Assembly: GCA_030141605.1 (NCBI GenBank) | Contig: JAQGDQ010001502.1 | Location: forward strand, 1 to 37,754 | Length of the DNA: 37,754 nucleotides | From: Tubiluchus corallicola | Lineage: Eukaryota > Animalia > Priapulida | Direction of reading: 5' to 3' | Shown: one piece after another, positions 22,886 through 33,898 of the stretch | Layout: every line of letters begins with the position of its first letter | Numbering within the stretch: the stretch's first letter is position 1 | The notes under the pieces: model-generated | What the model was told of the DNA's origin: nothing | Databases searched by the model: none | The model's input: the letters and a program-made list of their open reading frames with translations, nothing else | Program-made: the position numbers and the translations under genes

Positions 22886-23945
22886 TTTGTACGACATTAA
22901 TATTAATTTTGTTAATCGAGTGTGACACTGTTAGCAGCTTGTTGTGAGATATGTTTAATAAATAAAAGTAGTACAAATTTATAATAGAAATTGTGTTAGT
23001 ATCTAAAGAAAGATATATTTGTTATCAATATCTAAATTACTTAAAGCCTTCTGTTAGTGTATGCAAAATAACAGATAAACTAAAATGAAAATACCTTGCA
23101 CAATTACAATAGACCTAACACAGCAGTACAAGACTTTAACAGTTGACAAACAGACAATTCAAACAGGTCAAAAAATCAATCATTGTTGTACTACAATCAA
23201 TGACTGCCATATTCCAATTCAATATTGTAGCGTTTTATACATCATTTCTACTAAAAATAAAAAAGACCATTTTACAAATTTGGCATTTAACTGAAGGCTG
23301 CGACAAGCATAGTTACGTTCGATTATCAAATTAATCCACTTTATGTTAGGTCAAAACATCAAATTAACTGCGCTCAATCAGCCTATTAAACTTGTTTATA
23401 ATCTGTAATGATTTGCCTATTTTTGCATAATTAATTCTGTAGTTCTAAACTTTACTAAACACAAAATCACGCTGTAAATAAACCTAATTTGGTAATTTAC
23501 TAATTTATACGACGTTCTAACCAATTGACAAGATTGTCATTCAGTAAACTAAAATGTTCAAAATGTTCAGTACATAATGATTCAAAACGATACAAAATGT
23601 TGTATTTACTTACATCGTATGTTTCCATAAAGCAAATCTAGTATTTACCGATATATTTGACAAATTACGCCACTATCATACTGTGAAAAACTACTTTTAA
23701 AGCAGCCTGTTAACTTCTAGCAACTAACTCACTTGCCCAGGTAGAACCATATCTGCACAGGTGAGTGACCGTGGTCACGTGACCAACGAGTTACTTGGGA
23801 ATTCTGCTAATGGTTCTCATTCTGTTTGGACAGTTCTGGATGCAGGACACCGTGTCGCATTAGTGAAGTACTACAAGTGACTATTGCAAACTTTTTTTAC
23901 ATAACAGTTCTTATTTTTCATACAACTATTGTTTAATATTCTTAC

Positions 23946-24008
23946 CTCATCTAATGGAACAGAATGCCACCTCTTTTCTGCTGACAACTTATCTTGCTTG
24001 TTTCCCAT
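23946..24008 (-). CDS. RSKR: RSKR-like kinase, first coding exon (MGNKQDKLSAEKRWHSVPLDE)
   Basis: CAG/GT-ATG acceptor 2 nt before the start; GAG/GTAAG donor; 63 nt, phase 0; Met-Gly start. Confidence 0.75.
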
Positions 24009-24205
24009 ACCTGTTACAGACCTCACATTAATGTGGAGGGCATGTCAGGTATTGATATACGTGAGCTACTTGAAGTCCTAAAAGTACACAACAATATACG
24101 ATCACTAATCAGGCTGAATGAAACCATGAAGGATGCGTAAGTGGCAAGTGCAATAGTAAAGAAATACAGTCACGACAAGTTCTGCTAGTGCGCTTTCCTC
24201 AGAAA

Positions 24206-24370
24206 CAGGGCTATGAAGTCGGAACATTAAACTCCCGACTCCGGCTCCTAGAATTTTAGAAGATCCAACTTCGACTCCTAAAATTTTAGGTGCTCCAACT
24301 CCTACTCTCGGCTTTAAAAATAATTTGCAGTACTCTCAAAATTTAACTACAGTAGCATTTCATCACTACG
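24206..24370 (+). mobile_element. Left-end fragment of the GACTCC MITE family
   Basis: Aligns by eye to 18679-18840. Confidence 0.6.
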
Positions 24371-24725
24371 AAGTGAATCATCAGGCTACTCCAGGTATTC
24401 TTACTACGAATGCAAGAAAATAGTGGCTACAAGTACAAGCTCAAAATTAAGATATCTTAGGGGCCTGAAATAATAATAATTATAATAAAACTAAATCCCT
24501 CAAAAATATTATGGAATAATCAACCATTACCACATTTGCACGAACAATTATTTGCATCAGCATATACAACGGACAGTAACAGCAGTGCGATTCTTAAATT
24601 TAAGAAATTTTCTGTAATTCCATGGCAGCAGACATTTTTAAATCAATCCCACAATTCTCAATAGAATTTTTTTTGAAAGCCATAACAAGTCAATAAATTC
24701 TAAAATTCCATTCGTCTAGACTTAC

Positions 24726-24924
24726 ACGAACTAGATATTTTTTACATTTAGTTATTTTGATACTTTCAAATAAAGTTTTTCTATTTTAACAAAAAGAATG
24801 CAAAGTAAAAAAATAGAATTTATCGGCTTTGTGTGCCTGGTATAGACTGTAGAGGTCATTTTGGGCCTACGTGCGAAGCTGAAATTGTATTTTTAACTGA
24901 AAATTATAATTTTAACGTTTGTTG
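24726..24924. promoter_or_regulatory. Putative compact bidirectional promoter and 5' UTRs of kinase and COX6A
   Basis: Lies between a - strand GTAAGT donor (24720-24725) and the COX6A ATG (24925); inferred from geometry only. Confidence 0.5.
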
Positions 24925-24994
24925 ATGGCATTTGTTGGCAGAACACTAATTCGAAACTTCAGTGCGGCAGCTGCCGAAGGCCATGCTGGCGGAA
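24925..24994 (+). CDS. COX6A: Cytochrome c oxidase subunit 6A, exon 1 (MAFVGRTLIRNFSAAAAEGHAGG)
   Basis: Mitochondrial presequence-like RNFS followed by an Ala/His/Gly stretch; GTAAGT donor; phase 1 matches exon 2. Confidence 0.88.
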
Positions 24995-26180
24995 GTAAGT
25001 TTGTTTAATCATTAAGATTAGAAAGAATTGTCTACAATGAAATTTCAACATTCAAAAAGTTCGTGGTCTCGAAGCCTGTATTTCTCGTCGAAATGTTTCC
25101 GGTTGTTCACAAGGTGTTGAATTGCCTATACAATTACGTTGGTGTAACAACAGTATTGAACTTGAAGATGTGTCTTTTGATCCATGACATTACTAATGCA
25201 CTTGGGTCTTTGAAACCTTGGAAATCTCGTGTTACGGTGGAATTCATGGGTGTATTTTAAAGCAGTGTTCATCTCTGTACCTTCTATTTAGAAGATCTTT
25301 AGAGATATTCTGTTAAGGTCCAATAACACCTTGGTAGACACTTGTTGCTAAAATTCACTGCTGACTAGCGTGATACAAATAGGTGTTGATGACAATCTAA
25401 TGTATGTGCAATTTGTCGCAATTACAGTGGAATACCTTTTAATTTCCATTGCGTTGGACCTAAAAATGTCATGCCTTATAAGTGAAAGGCATCATATATG
25501 AGCTTCATTCATTACACCGTTCATTACAGCACTAATGTTTTCTTTATCATACGATTCACTTCAAATTTTTAGATTATTTTCATTACTTTTTTTTTCTTTT
25601 ACAGTGTGGAACAATCTAACAAGCCCTGCTTTTTGATTGCCCGCAACACATTTACATTTGTATATATAGCAAACCTAAACTATGGTATATCTAAACTAGT
25701 CATGTGCTCAAAGTAAACTGTATACGAATTTACTAAGCAACATACAATAGCGATAATTCTCTTGTTTATCTTTCAACCCCACAGTGTTTTGAGAGTCAAG
25801 TTAGTATATTTGTAATGATGCTGTACATAACGTTGTTTAGACACCAGTATTAAAGGAAGTAGCGATATCACTATCTTTGTTTACCATAGGTTGACCTACG
25901 TCTAAAGACAGTTTAAATCATTTTTTCCAAAATTTGCTTCCTATTATGTATCTTACTGTTTGTTATTCATTGAATTATTGATAAATTTTGTTTCTTTTAA
26001 TGTATTAATTGTGTATTTGTGTTGATGTGAAATAAATAAACAAAATAAACAAAAAAAAGTCCCTTATATTTGAGTACCTTATATATGCAGATTTCTGTAA
26101 AGAAAAACATTGCAAAAAATCGGGACCGGCTTTGGTGGTCCTTTATAAGTGATGCCATTTATCCAAGGTTAACTGTATTC

Positions 26181-26681
26181 CAGGGGTGTGCAAATTGCGA
26201 CCCGCGGGCCACTTGCGGCCCGCCGAGAGAATTTGTTCGACCCGCGAAGAGGTTTGTCAACCTAATGAAAGTGCGGCCCGGGCGATTAATTGAGTGTATC
26301 CAGCTGAAGTCCGTGCCACGATCCCAAAGATAGTGCGGGTAGTTTTTTCAACTAGATCGGATGCCATTAACCCTTACAAGACGGTTGTAGCTTAATGTCA
26401 CTGTACTACACAGACTGTGTGATACACATTACTAATATGCATTGTAATGAAATTACCACTATCTGTCCTGAAAGTAGAAATATATGGTTTGTAATATAAA
26501 TTTTAATAACTTCTAAAATAGTTTCTTGAGTGTAGTACTTATGATGTACGCAGGTCGGATGCAAAAAAAATTGTTATTAGGTCTTTCTGTACTTGGCTCC
26601 TTGATCAAACAGCCTGTGACCCGCAGGAATTGCGGGAAAGTTTAATGTGGCCCGGCTAGTCAGATAATTTGCACACCCCTG
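26181..26681. mobile_element. hAT (Charlie-like) MITE
   Basis: Perfect 16-bp TIR CAGGGGTGTGCAAATT; GCGGCCCG subterminal motifs; flanks GTATTC/GTATTA. Confidence 0.85.
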
Positions 26682-26826
26682 GTATTAATATTCCATTAAT
26701 CTGATTTAAATACAGTTGTACAAGTGCTGGCCCATGCTTACATCTCACTTAAAACTTTCGCAGTCCTTCAAGAAAAAATCAAAGAAGGAAATAATCTAGG
26801 AATTCCGGCCTCTTTTGTTTTTTCAG

Positions 26827-26981
26827 GTGGGTCAAAAACATGGAAAATCCTGACGTTTCTGGTAGCTCTTCCTGGAGTTGCTATCACCGGAATTAATGCA
26901 TACCTTGGAGAAACTGAACACATGAAACATTACACGAAGCCACCATTCATTCCTTATGAACATCTACGAATCCGCACTAAG
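26827..26981 (+). CDS. COX6A: COX6A exon 2 (SGSKTWKILTFLVALPGVAITGINAYLGETEHMKHYTKPPFIPYEHLRIRTK)
   Basis: WKxLTFxVALPGV transmembrane segment and PYxHLRIRTK motif; TTTCAG acceptor, GTATTG donor; 155 nt. Confidence 0.96.
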
Positions 26982-26990
26982 GTATTGCTA

Positions 26991-27420
26991 TCTATATATT
27001 AATTCTACTGGTATGTTATATATAAGATTCGAGGCTACAGCTCCAATGATAGCACCTTTTGCGGCGATCTATACATCAAACGAAATGTCTCGATCTAGTG
27101 TCGTGCCAAGGAGATATACGGCTCTTTAGAAAGAGGAAGAACAGGGCTATATGTTAGGACACGTCCACTGAGAGGAGTAGCGAGGAGTTAATTAGATGTT
27201 CTATTTTTGGCAATTTTCGCTTGGAAAACTGCTGACGTGAAGCCATTGTTCTGACGTCATCCATTATACTCTTTCTATAAACTTATAGCTTTAATTCAGT
27301 AAAAGCTGCTGCTGCTGCTGACTTTGCGTTAGGTAAGTAAACGAACACTAGGTAGGATGTTCGCACATTGTTGATTATAAGTTTATTTATACTCAAAATT
27401 TTTTGCGGGGCCTTTGCTAG
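26991..27420 (+). mobile_element. Non-autonomous Helitron, internally deleted copy
   Basis: A/TC 5' end, CTAG/T 3' end, degenerate hairpin; both ends match 36414-37257. Confidence 0.8.
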
Positions 27421-28167
27421 TTTAATAATGTTTTGCATAATTCTGTCTCCTTAATTCAATGGCTTCAATTGTTGTTTGTAGTTGTAAATGTGAACGTCTC
27501 TGTTGATTAAATGACATGCTTTTCAAACCTATTTGAAACTTTTGGGGTAGTGATGGGCGATTAATAGATTAATCAAATTAATTGAGATTACAACCATGCG
27601 TAAATCGACATAATCGGCGATTGAAAAGTAATTCAGTTAATCGAGAGCAAAATATACGTGTCACACACTGACTAAAAGGCAGTATTTCAGCACAAATAAA
27701 TCAAATTCTTGCATTTTTTCATTTTTCTCACCTTGAAGAGGCAGTTTGAAAAGATTTGTTTTGTTTATTTAATGTTCAAGTTCAGTTTTATTGAAACTAA
27801 TTAGCACAAGGGGAATCTTTTTTGTAAAATGTCCATCAAAGTTAATCATCGTTGATCCCAATTTGTAATTGGGTTGACTGTTCTTGATTGGCGTTACTGT
27901 TTGGAGTTTCGTTTCTCATACTGCCCGATACTATTTTTCTCAACGAGGACAGACGTATTAACTTCCGAAAATGACTAAGACTGAAACCTCTGCTGGTTCA
28001 CTGTTTCGTCTTAGAGTTGAATGTTAGCCATTGACGAACGTTGTACCAGAGTGTAAAAAAAGGTAACGTAAACCTGTTACAGAAAAAGACCCAGGATTTT
28101 ATGCTTTTTAAAATCTGCAAAGCATTTTGATGCTTACCGTGAATGCAGCAATCTGCTTTTGTTTGTA

Positions 28168-28622
28168 CGGTCAACCTCGGCTATAAGGAACGCCTCCGGA
28201 CCGGAAAAAAACGTCCCTTATAGCCGAAGTTGAGTCAGACCGAGGGTGTATCTAGACCTGTACTTTTCTGTACTTTTAACCATATTTTTATGGATTATTG
28301 CTACACATTCAGTGCAATCGGTATGTAGGAAGCTCCTTCAGTGATGCGAGATGTATGTGACCGCAGAAACCGAGCTATTCGAAGGCCGAGTTTGCGAAAA
28401 ATTCAGGTTAAAAATCGATCGATTTCGCTTTCCTTATATGTCCCTTAGGGTCCCTTATATGCGAGGTAATTTACCTGGGTTTTTATTATGCGGGACCTGA
28501 AGATATCGTCCCTTATAACCGAAAGTCCCTTACATCCGAATACTTTATATACGAAGATCTTTACATAGGAAAAACGTTACAAAAATCCAGTGTTCGTGGT
28601 CCCTTATACCCGAGGTTGACTG
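28168..28622. mobile_element. pogo/Tigger-like MITE
   Basis: TA flanks; TIR CGGTCAACCTCGGCTATAAGG ... CCTTATACCCGAGGTTGACTG; right TIR repeated twice more to about 28692. Confidence 0.85.
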
Positions 28623-28753
28623 TATGTCGTGTCCCTTATACCCGAGGTTGACTGTATGTCATGTCCCTTATACCCGAGGTTGACTGTATGTCACTGTTCA
28701 TCATAGTTTTCACTTTCATTCCATGAGTGTAAAATACTTGTTTTTTCTTACAG

Positions 28754-28843
28754 AAATTCCCGTGGGGGGATGGCAATCATACCTTATTTCACAATCCGAA
28801 GATGAATCCGCTTCCCGAAGGCTGGGAGGACGAAGGATCGTAA
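28754..28843 (+). CDS. COX6A: COX6A exon 3 ([29 protein letters not shown])
   Basis: [13 protein letters not shown] signature; TTACAG acceptor; TAA stop; candidate AATAAA at 29188-29193. Confidence 0.97.
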   Translation, partial: KFPWGDGNHTLFHNPKMNPLPEGWEDEGS

Positions 28844-29306
28844 TAGCGATGTGATTAGTCCTGATTATTCGGACTCTAATTAGCCTATTTAGTCATAAAT
28901 TTTTAATCCGAGGTGACCTAGAAAGGATTGCAGTTTGTAGAAATGATTGCAAGTTAAAGCCGTGCACGTTTGCTGAACATTAGAATGTAATAATAGCCGT
29001 GAATTATAACCATCTGTGATTTCAGAAGCACAAGCAATGTCATAGTTATTGGCATTTTTGCAATTTTGTCATTGGTAACATAAACTGGAGTTTGTTTTCA
29101 CTGAGGCTAATTAATAACAGGTGTATTGATTAAATAGAATTTTTTTTGATTACCCCAGGTATTTCCCGGTTTCTGTATTGGCTTCTTAATAAATATTGTT
29201 ATGCCTCGGTAACTGGTATTGTTGTTTTCTTCATCGATATAAATGCTCAATTGATTATGTTATCTACAGACTCGCTGGTGTATTCTTCAGGTAATACAAG
29301 TTGCTA

Positions 29307-29778
29307 CAGTAGTAGTAGTAGTAGCAGAAGCAGTAGCAGTAGGAGTAGCAGTAGCAGTGGTGGCATTAGGAGTAGTAGTAGTGGCAGTACGAGTAGAGCA
29401 GCAGTTGTAGTAGTAGTAGTAGCAGTAGTAGAGCAGCAGTTGTAGTAGTAGCAGCAGCAGTGGTGGCATTAGTAGTAGTAGTAGTGGTAGTAGTAGTAGT
29501 TGTTGTAGCTGTAGTAGTAGCAGCAGTAGGAGTAGAGCAGTAATAGTAGTAGTAGCAGCAGCAGTAGTGGCAGTAGTAGTAGTAGCTGTAGCAGTAGGAG
29601 TAGTAGCAGTAGCAGCAGCAGCAGTAGTAGTAGTAGCTGTAGCAGTAGGAGTAGTAGCAGTAGGAGTAGTAGTAGTGGCAGTAGTAGTAGCAGCAATAGG
29701 AGTAGTAGCAGTAAGAGTAGTAGCAGTAGGAGTAGTAGCAGTAGAGCAGGAGTAGTAGTAGTAGTAGAGCAGTAGTAG
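29307..29778. repeat. Degenerate (AGT/AGC)n trinucleotide microsatellite
   Basis: Directly visible. Confidence 0.95.
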
Positions 29779-30409
29779 GCTATAGCAATTCATTGACCAG
29801 TGATAGACACAGGGGTAACAAATTACTTGATTTGGTCCAACATGTAACATGAGCAATATCTGATTCGAAAACACAAATCAAATAAATAACTAAAAGGAAA
29901 AAAAAATAAAAATGTTGCTTTAAAATCAGTCAATCAAATCGTACATTCGGTAAGGCAAAGTCCTACTTCCTATACTGTATTACATGCTATACTGAAGTAA
30001 CTTCTGCACATCACCAAACCTTCCTAAGTAATAATCGTCATTGGAGTTAAATTATGCTTAGACTTTGAAGTTAAAAAGTAACTAATCTTCAAGACTTGAA
30101 CAGCATTGAATGAATAATAATCTTCAATAATGCGTATGTCCAATGTATGTGTGATAGTCGACGTATTAAAACAAGCATCAAAGTTTTTTTAATGATAACT
30201 AAAGCCAAAGAAATGCTTTATTTTTCCTTAGTTCTAGGACTATTCTACAATAATGGCAGTTTATATTGCTTGCACATTTTATAGAAACAACTGATGTACT
30301 AATACGATGCGTTTGTCGCAAGCGTGATGTCTTTCTTACTATATTTTGGATCTCTACATTGTAGAAAGGTACATAGGTTTATAAGTCAACTCCTGCTGTT
30401 GAACGTATT

Positions 30410-31293
30410 CAAAGTAATAGTGATGTCAGCAGTGACAGATAGATGGCTCTCAAAGTAATAGTGATGTCACCAGTAACAGATAGATGGCTCTCAAAGGTGT
30501 GTGTTGTGTGTGGTTTGTTGTGTGTGTGTGTGGTTCAAAGTAATAGTGATGTCAGCAGTACAGATAGATGGCTCTCAAAGTAATATGATGTCACCAGTAA
30601 CAGATAGATGGTTCTCAAAGTAATAGTGATGTCACCAGTAACAGATAGATGGCGCTCAAAGTAATAGTGATGTCACCAGTAACAGATAGATGGCTCTCAA
30701 AGTAATAGTGATGTCACCAGTAACAGATAGATGGCTCTCAAAGTAATAGTGATGTCACCAGTAACAGATAGATGGCTCTCAAAGTAATAGTGATGTCACC
30801 AGTAACAGATAGATGGCTCTCAAAGTAATAGTGATGTCACCAGTAATAGATAGATGGCTCTCAAAGTAATAGCGATGTCACCAGTAACAGATAGATGGCT
30901 CTCAAAGTAATAGCGATGTCACCAGTAACAGATAGATGGCTCTCAAAGTAATAGCGATGTCACCAGTAACAGATAGATGGCTCTCAAAGTAATAGTGATG
31001 TCACCAGTAACAGATAGATGGCTCTCAAAGTAATAGTGATGTCACCAGTAATAGATGGATGTCACCAGTAACAGATGATGGCTCTCAAAGTAATAGGATG
31101 TCACCAGTAACAGATAGATGGCTCTCAAAGTAATAGTGGTTGTGTGTGGTTGTTGTGTGTGTGATGGCTCTAAAGTAATAGTGATGTCACCAGTAACAGA
31201 TAGATGGCTCTCAAAGTAATAGTGATGTCACCAGTAACAGATAGATGGCTCTCAAAGTAATAGTGATGTCACCAGTAACAGATAGATGGCTCT
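30410..31293. repeat. 41-bp minisatellite, about 20 copies
   Basis: Unit CAAAGTAATAGTGATGTCACCAGTAACAGATAGATGGCTCT. Confidence 0.96.
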
Positions 31294-31338
31294 CGTTGAT
31301 TGTGTGCTACTACAGTGGGGATTCAGATAAGTTCTGCT

Positions 31339-31417
31339 AGGTTGGATAAGCAACTCAACTGGCAAAGCAACCTGCCACGTAAGCAAGGGGTACTGGGTTC
31401 CAATCCTGACTGGTCTA
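31339..31417 (+). pseudogene. Degenerate tRNA-like sequence (pseudogene or SINE head)
   Basis: A-box-like AACTCAACTGG, B-box-like GGTTCCAATCC, anticodon-arm-like TGCCACGTAAGCA; ends pair only with several G:U pairs. Confidence 0.4.
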
Positions 31418-32566
31418 CAATTTTTCAGTGCCACCTTCTGCAATTAATTAGTCGTTAGGAAAATTATGTGATGTCTTTCTTAATGTGATTTGCTGCTTGA
31501 AAACAGATGACGTTTGGCAAGACTTATTCAAGGCCGGCAGTAATCACTTTTTCTCAAAAAATGTTTGTTGCTTATTGTAGGTTAAATGGTTACAAATAAT
31601 CTGTGACATAGACAGAATCATAGAAAGCAATTAAAACTGTAAAGTGTTTGCTTGTAGCTGCATATAAAACTACAGCTCGGTATTTCAGGATTATAAAAAA
31701 CCACGGGTTCATTTTTCGTACCGAAATAGTCCACCAGAAACTAGTTAGCAATCTGTCAAAATTTACCGGAAGGTTTAGAAAATTAAAATGTAGATTTTTA
31801 GCTGAAAAAATCATAGCAGTTCAGAAAATATTTTTGTAAAAACTTTATTACTTAATACAATTTCTGCAATGGCTTGATACTTCAAGCTAGGAAAAGTTTA
31901 TTCTGCTATGCAGTTATTTACATGGAAAAATCTAGACATCCTAACAAGAATATTTACAAAGTTGTAAATTTTAATCAATTAATTGTACATTATGGAATTA
32001 AATTTAGAATTAAGTTTGTTGACTGGTGGTGCCATCTCTTGGAGGTAGTTGCTGAGTGAAACTAGTTTTTTTCTTTTTCACCTTTGTCGATCTTCCCGGA
32101 ATTTTAAATGTAGAGCTGAAAATAAGACGTTTTTTAATTATTTATGAACTCGTTCAGTTCAACAAAAATTCTGCACAATTTGTGACTTGTCCATATTGTT
32201 TACAAACTAGTGGAGTTCAACAAAAATTCTGCACAATTTGTGACTTGTTAATATGCTGCAATTATCAATGGCTTCTCTGATACATTACTGCACTTGTCTT
32301 GGAATAATATTATGAAAATAATCAACAGAAACTTACTGACACGTAGAGCAGATCGGACTAAAGTTGCAGAAAACTGAAACAAAAAACAATAACAGAAATC
32401 AATTAGCAAATTTGGCATATAGGGAAGTGGCAACTTTGATTCACGATAAATGTCTCACTGCCACTAAAGCTAAAGTATCTACATGGTCAGTTTTGACAAG
32501 AATGTTCCTCTCCTGACTGTCAATGATATGCCGTCATTAATGAAATGATTACTCGTAGTATAACTT

Positions 32567-32968
32567 CAGGGTTCCCATGGTCAGGGAAAATGCAGGCTAT
32601 CCTGCAAAGTCATGGAAAACTCAGGGAAAAAGATAATTTGGTAAAAAGTCAGGGAAAGTGATAAAAATAGGCAAAAGGTCAGGGAAATTGGAAAGGGTTG
32701 AAAAAATAATCGCCGAAAACCGATATTTTTCCAAACTATTTTTCAGTAATTCGTGTTCAAATCAAATTTTGCTATGGCAGGTTCCCAGTTTCAATTTCTG
32801 TTCCAAAAATAATGATTGGCCGACACATTATATATCAGTGTATGTATGAATGTCCATACACAAAAATGTTTGAATATGTATACTGGTAATGCAATTTCTG
32901 CTTATCTTGGTCATGGAAAATCAATATTTGGTCAGGGAAATTTATTTTAAAATTCTGTGGGAACCCTG
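32567..32968 (+). mobile_element. Complete MITE with CAGGGTTCCCA TIRs
   Basis: 11-bp TIRs, AACTT on both sides, TCAGGGAA subterminal repeats; second copy at 15852-16278. Confidence 0.88.
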
Positions 32969-33376
32969 AACTTTTAGTTGGTTAAAAGCCTTGCAACATT
33001 TATTAATGGCTGTTTTATCTGGACTTGATCACTACAGTAACTTTTAGGTACCTTAAGAAGAAAAAGTGAATCTTAAATGATCCATCTTACCTGAAAGGCA
33101 AACAGAACATACGTAACCAATGTCTATCAGATTTCGATGACAGAAGCACGCGGCACGGTAATCAACCTGAACACGAGGTGGCAGCACGAGTGTTGATCTC
33201 AGCTCTTGACTGGGTAAAAATATCCACTAGATAAAAAACATTATTCAATGTTAGTCGTCAAGATATTTTTCTCAAAAGAGAATACGTCACAAAGTCATGT
33301 CCCAAATAAAGGTAGATGTGCAATACAGTTGAACAAATGGATGTACTTACGTGTGAATAACACAGGTCTACAACAC

Positions 33377-33898
33377 GACTACGGCCAAATCACGTTGAAA
33401 ACACCGGTTCTCGTCTGATCACCGAAGTTACGCAACGTTGAGCCTGGTTAGTACGTGGATGTGTACTAGGAATACCAGGTGCTGTAGGCTTGCAGGATGC
33501 TCACACTGTATCTCAACATTAGGTGGGGCAGTTGCACAAGTAACCCAACGGCCATGTGTAGAGGAGTAAACCTTCCAAATCAGGAGTGGAGCCCCGAAGG
33601 CGGACCAGTGCAGCATGTTCACTGACTCCGGCAGCTCCTGCAGCCAACCTGGTGCCAAAGGTATCGCACCGCTTTCCTTTGGACTACACCAGGGAGGAAG
33701 AGAGGGGTTCCTGTTGTCTGGGCAACTCAGGATCTCCATACACCTTGCCCAGGCGTGCGCCCTGGAGAGGCCATTCCAGTGGTTCAAGGATCGCACTGCT
33801 CAGCCACAGTCGACGCTGCAGCTCCATCAATGTGATCAATAACTGACTCTCTTGGCGCACATTCCATTGTCTTCCGAGACAGAAGGATGCCCACAACA
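33377..33898 (+). mobile_element. 5S rRNA-headed SINE, copy 2
   Basis: 5S-like head at 33377-33491 with a small deletion in the box C region; body and tail collinear with copy 1. Confidence 0.88.

Noticed and set aside
25063-25260. 65-aa ORF in COX6A intron 1
   Set aside because: No recognisable motif, non-ATG start, no supporting splice sites
27990-28740. Possible nested antisense gene in COX6A intron 2 (GT-AG pair near 28073-28139)
   Set aside because: All spliced frames stop within about 40 codons and resemble nothing I recognise
29146-29874. Poly-Ser/Thr/Leu/Val ORFs
   Set aside because: Translations of a trinucleotide microsatellite
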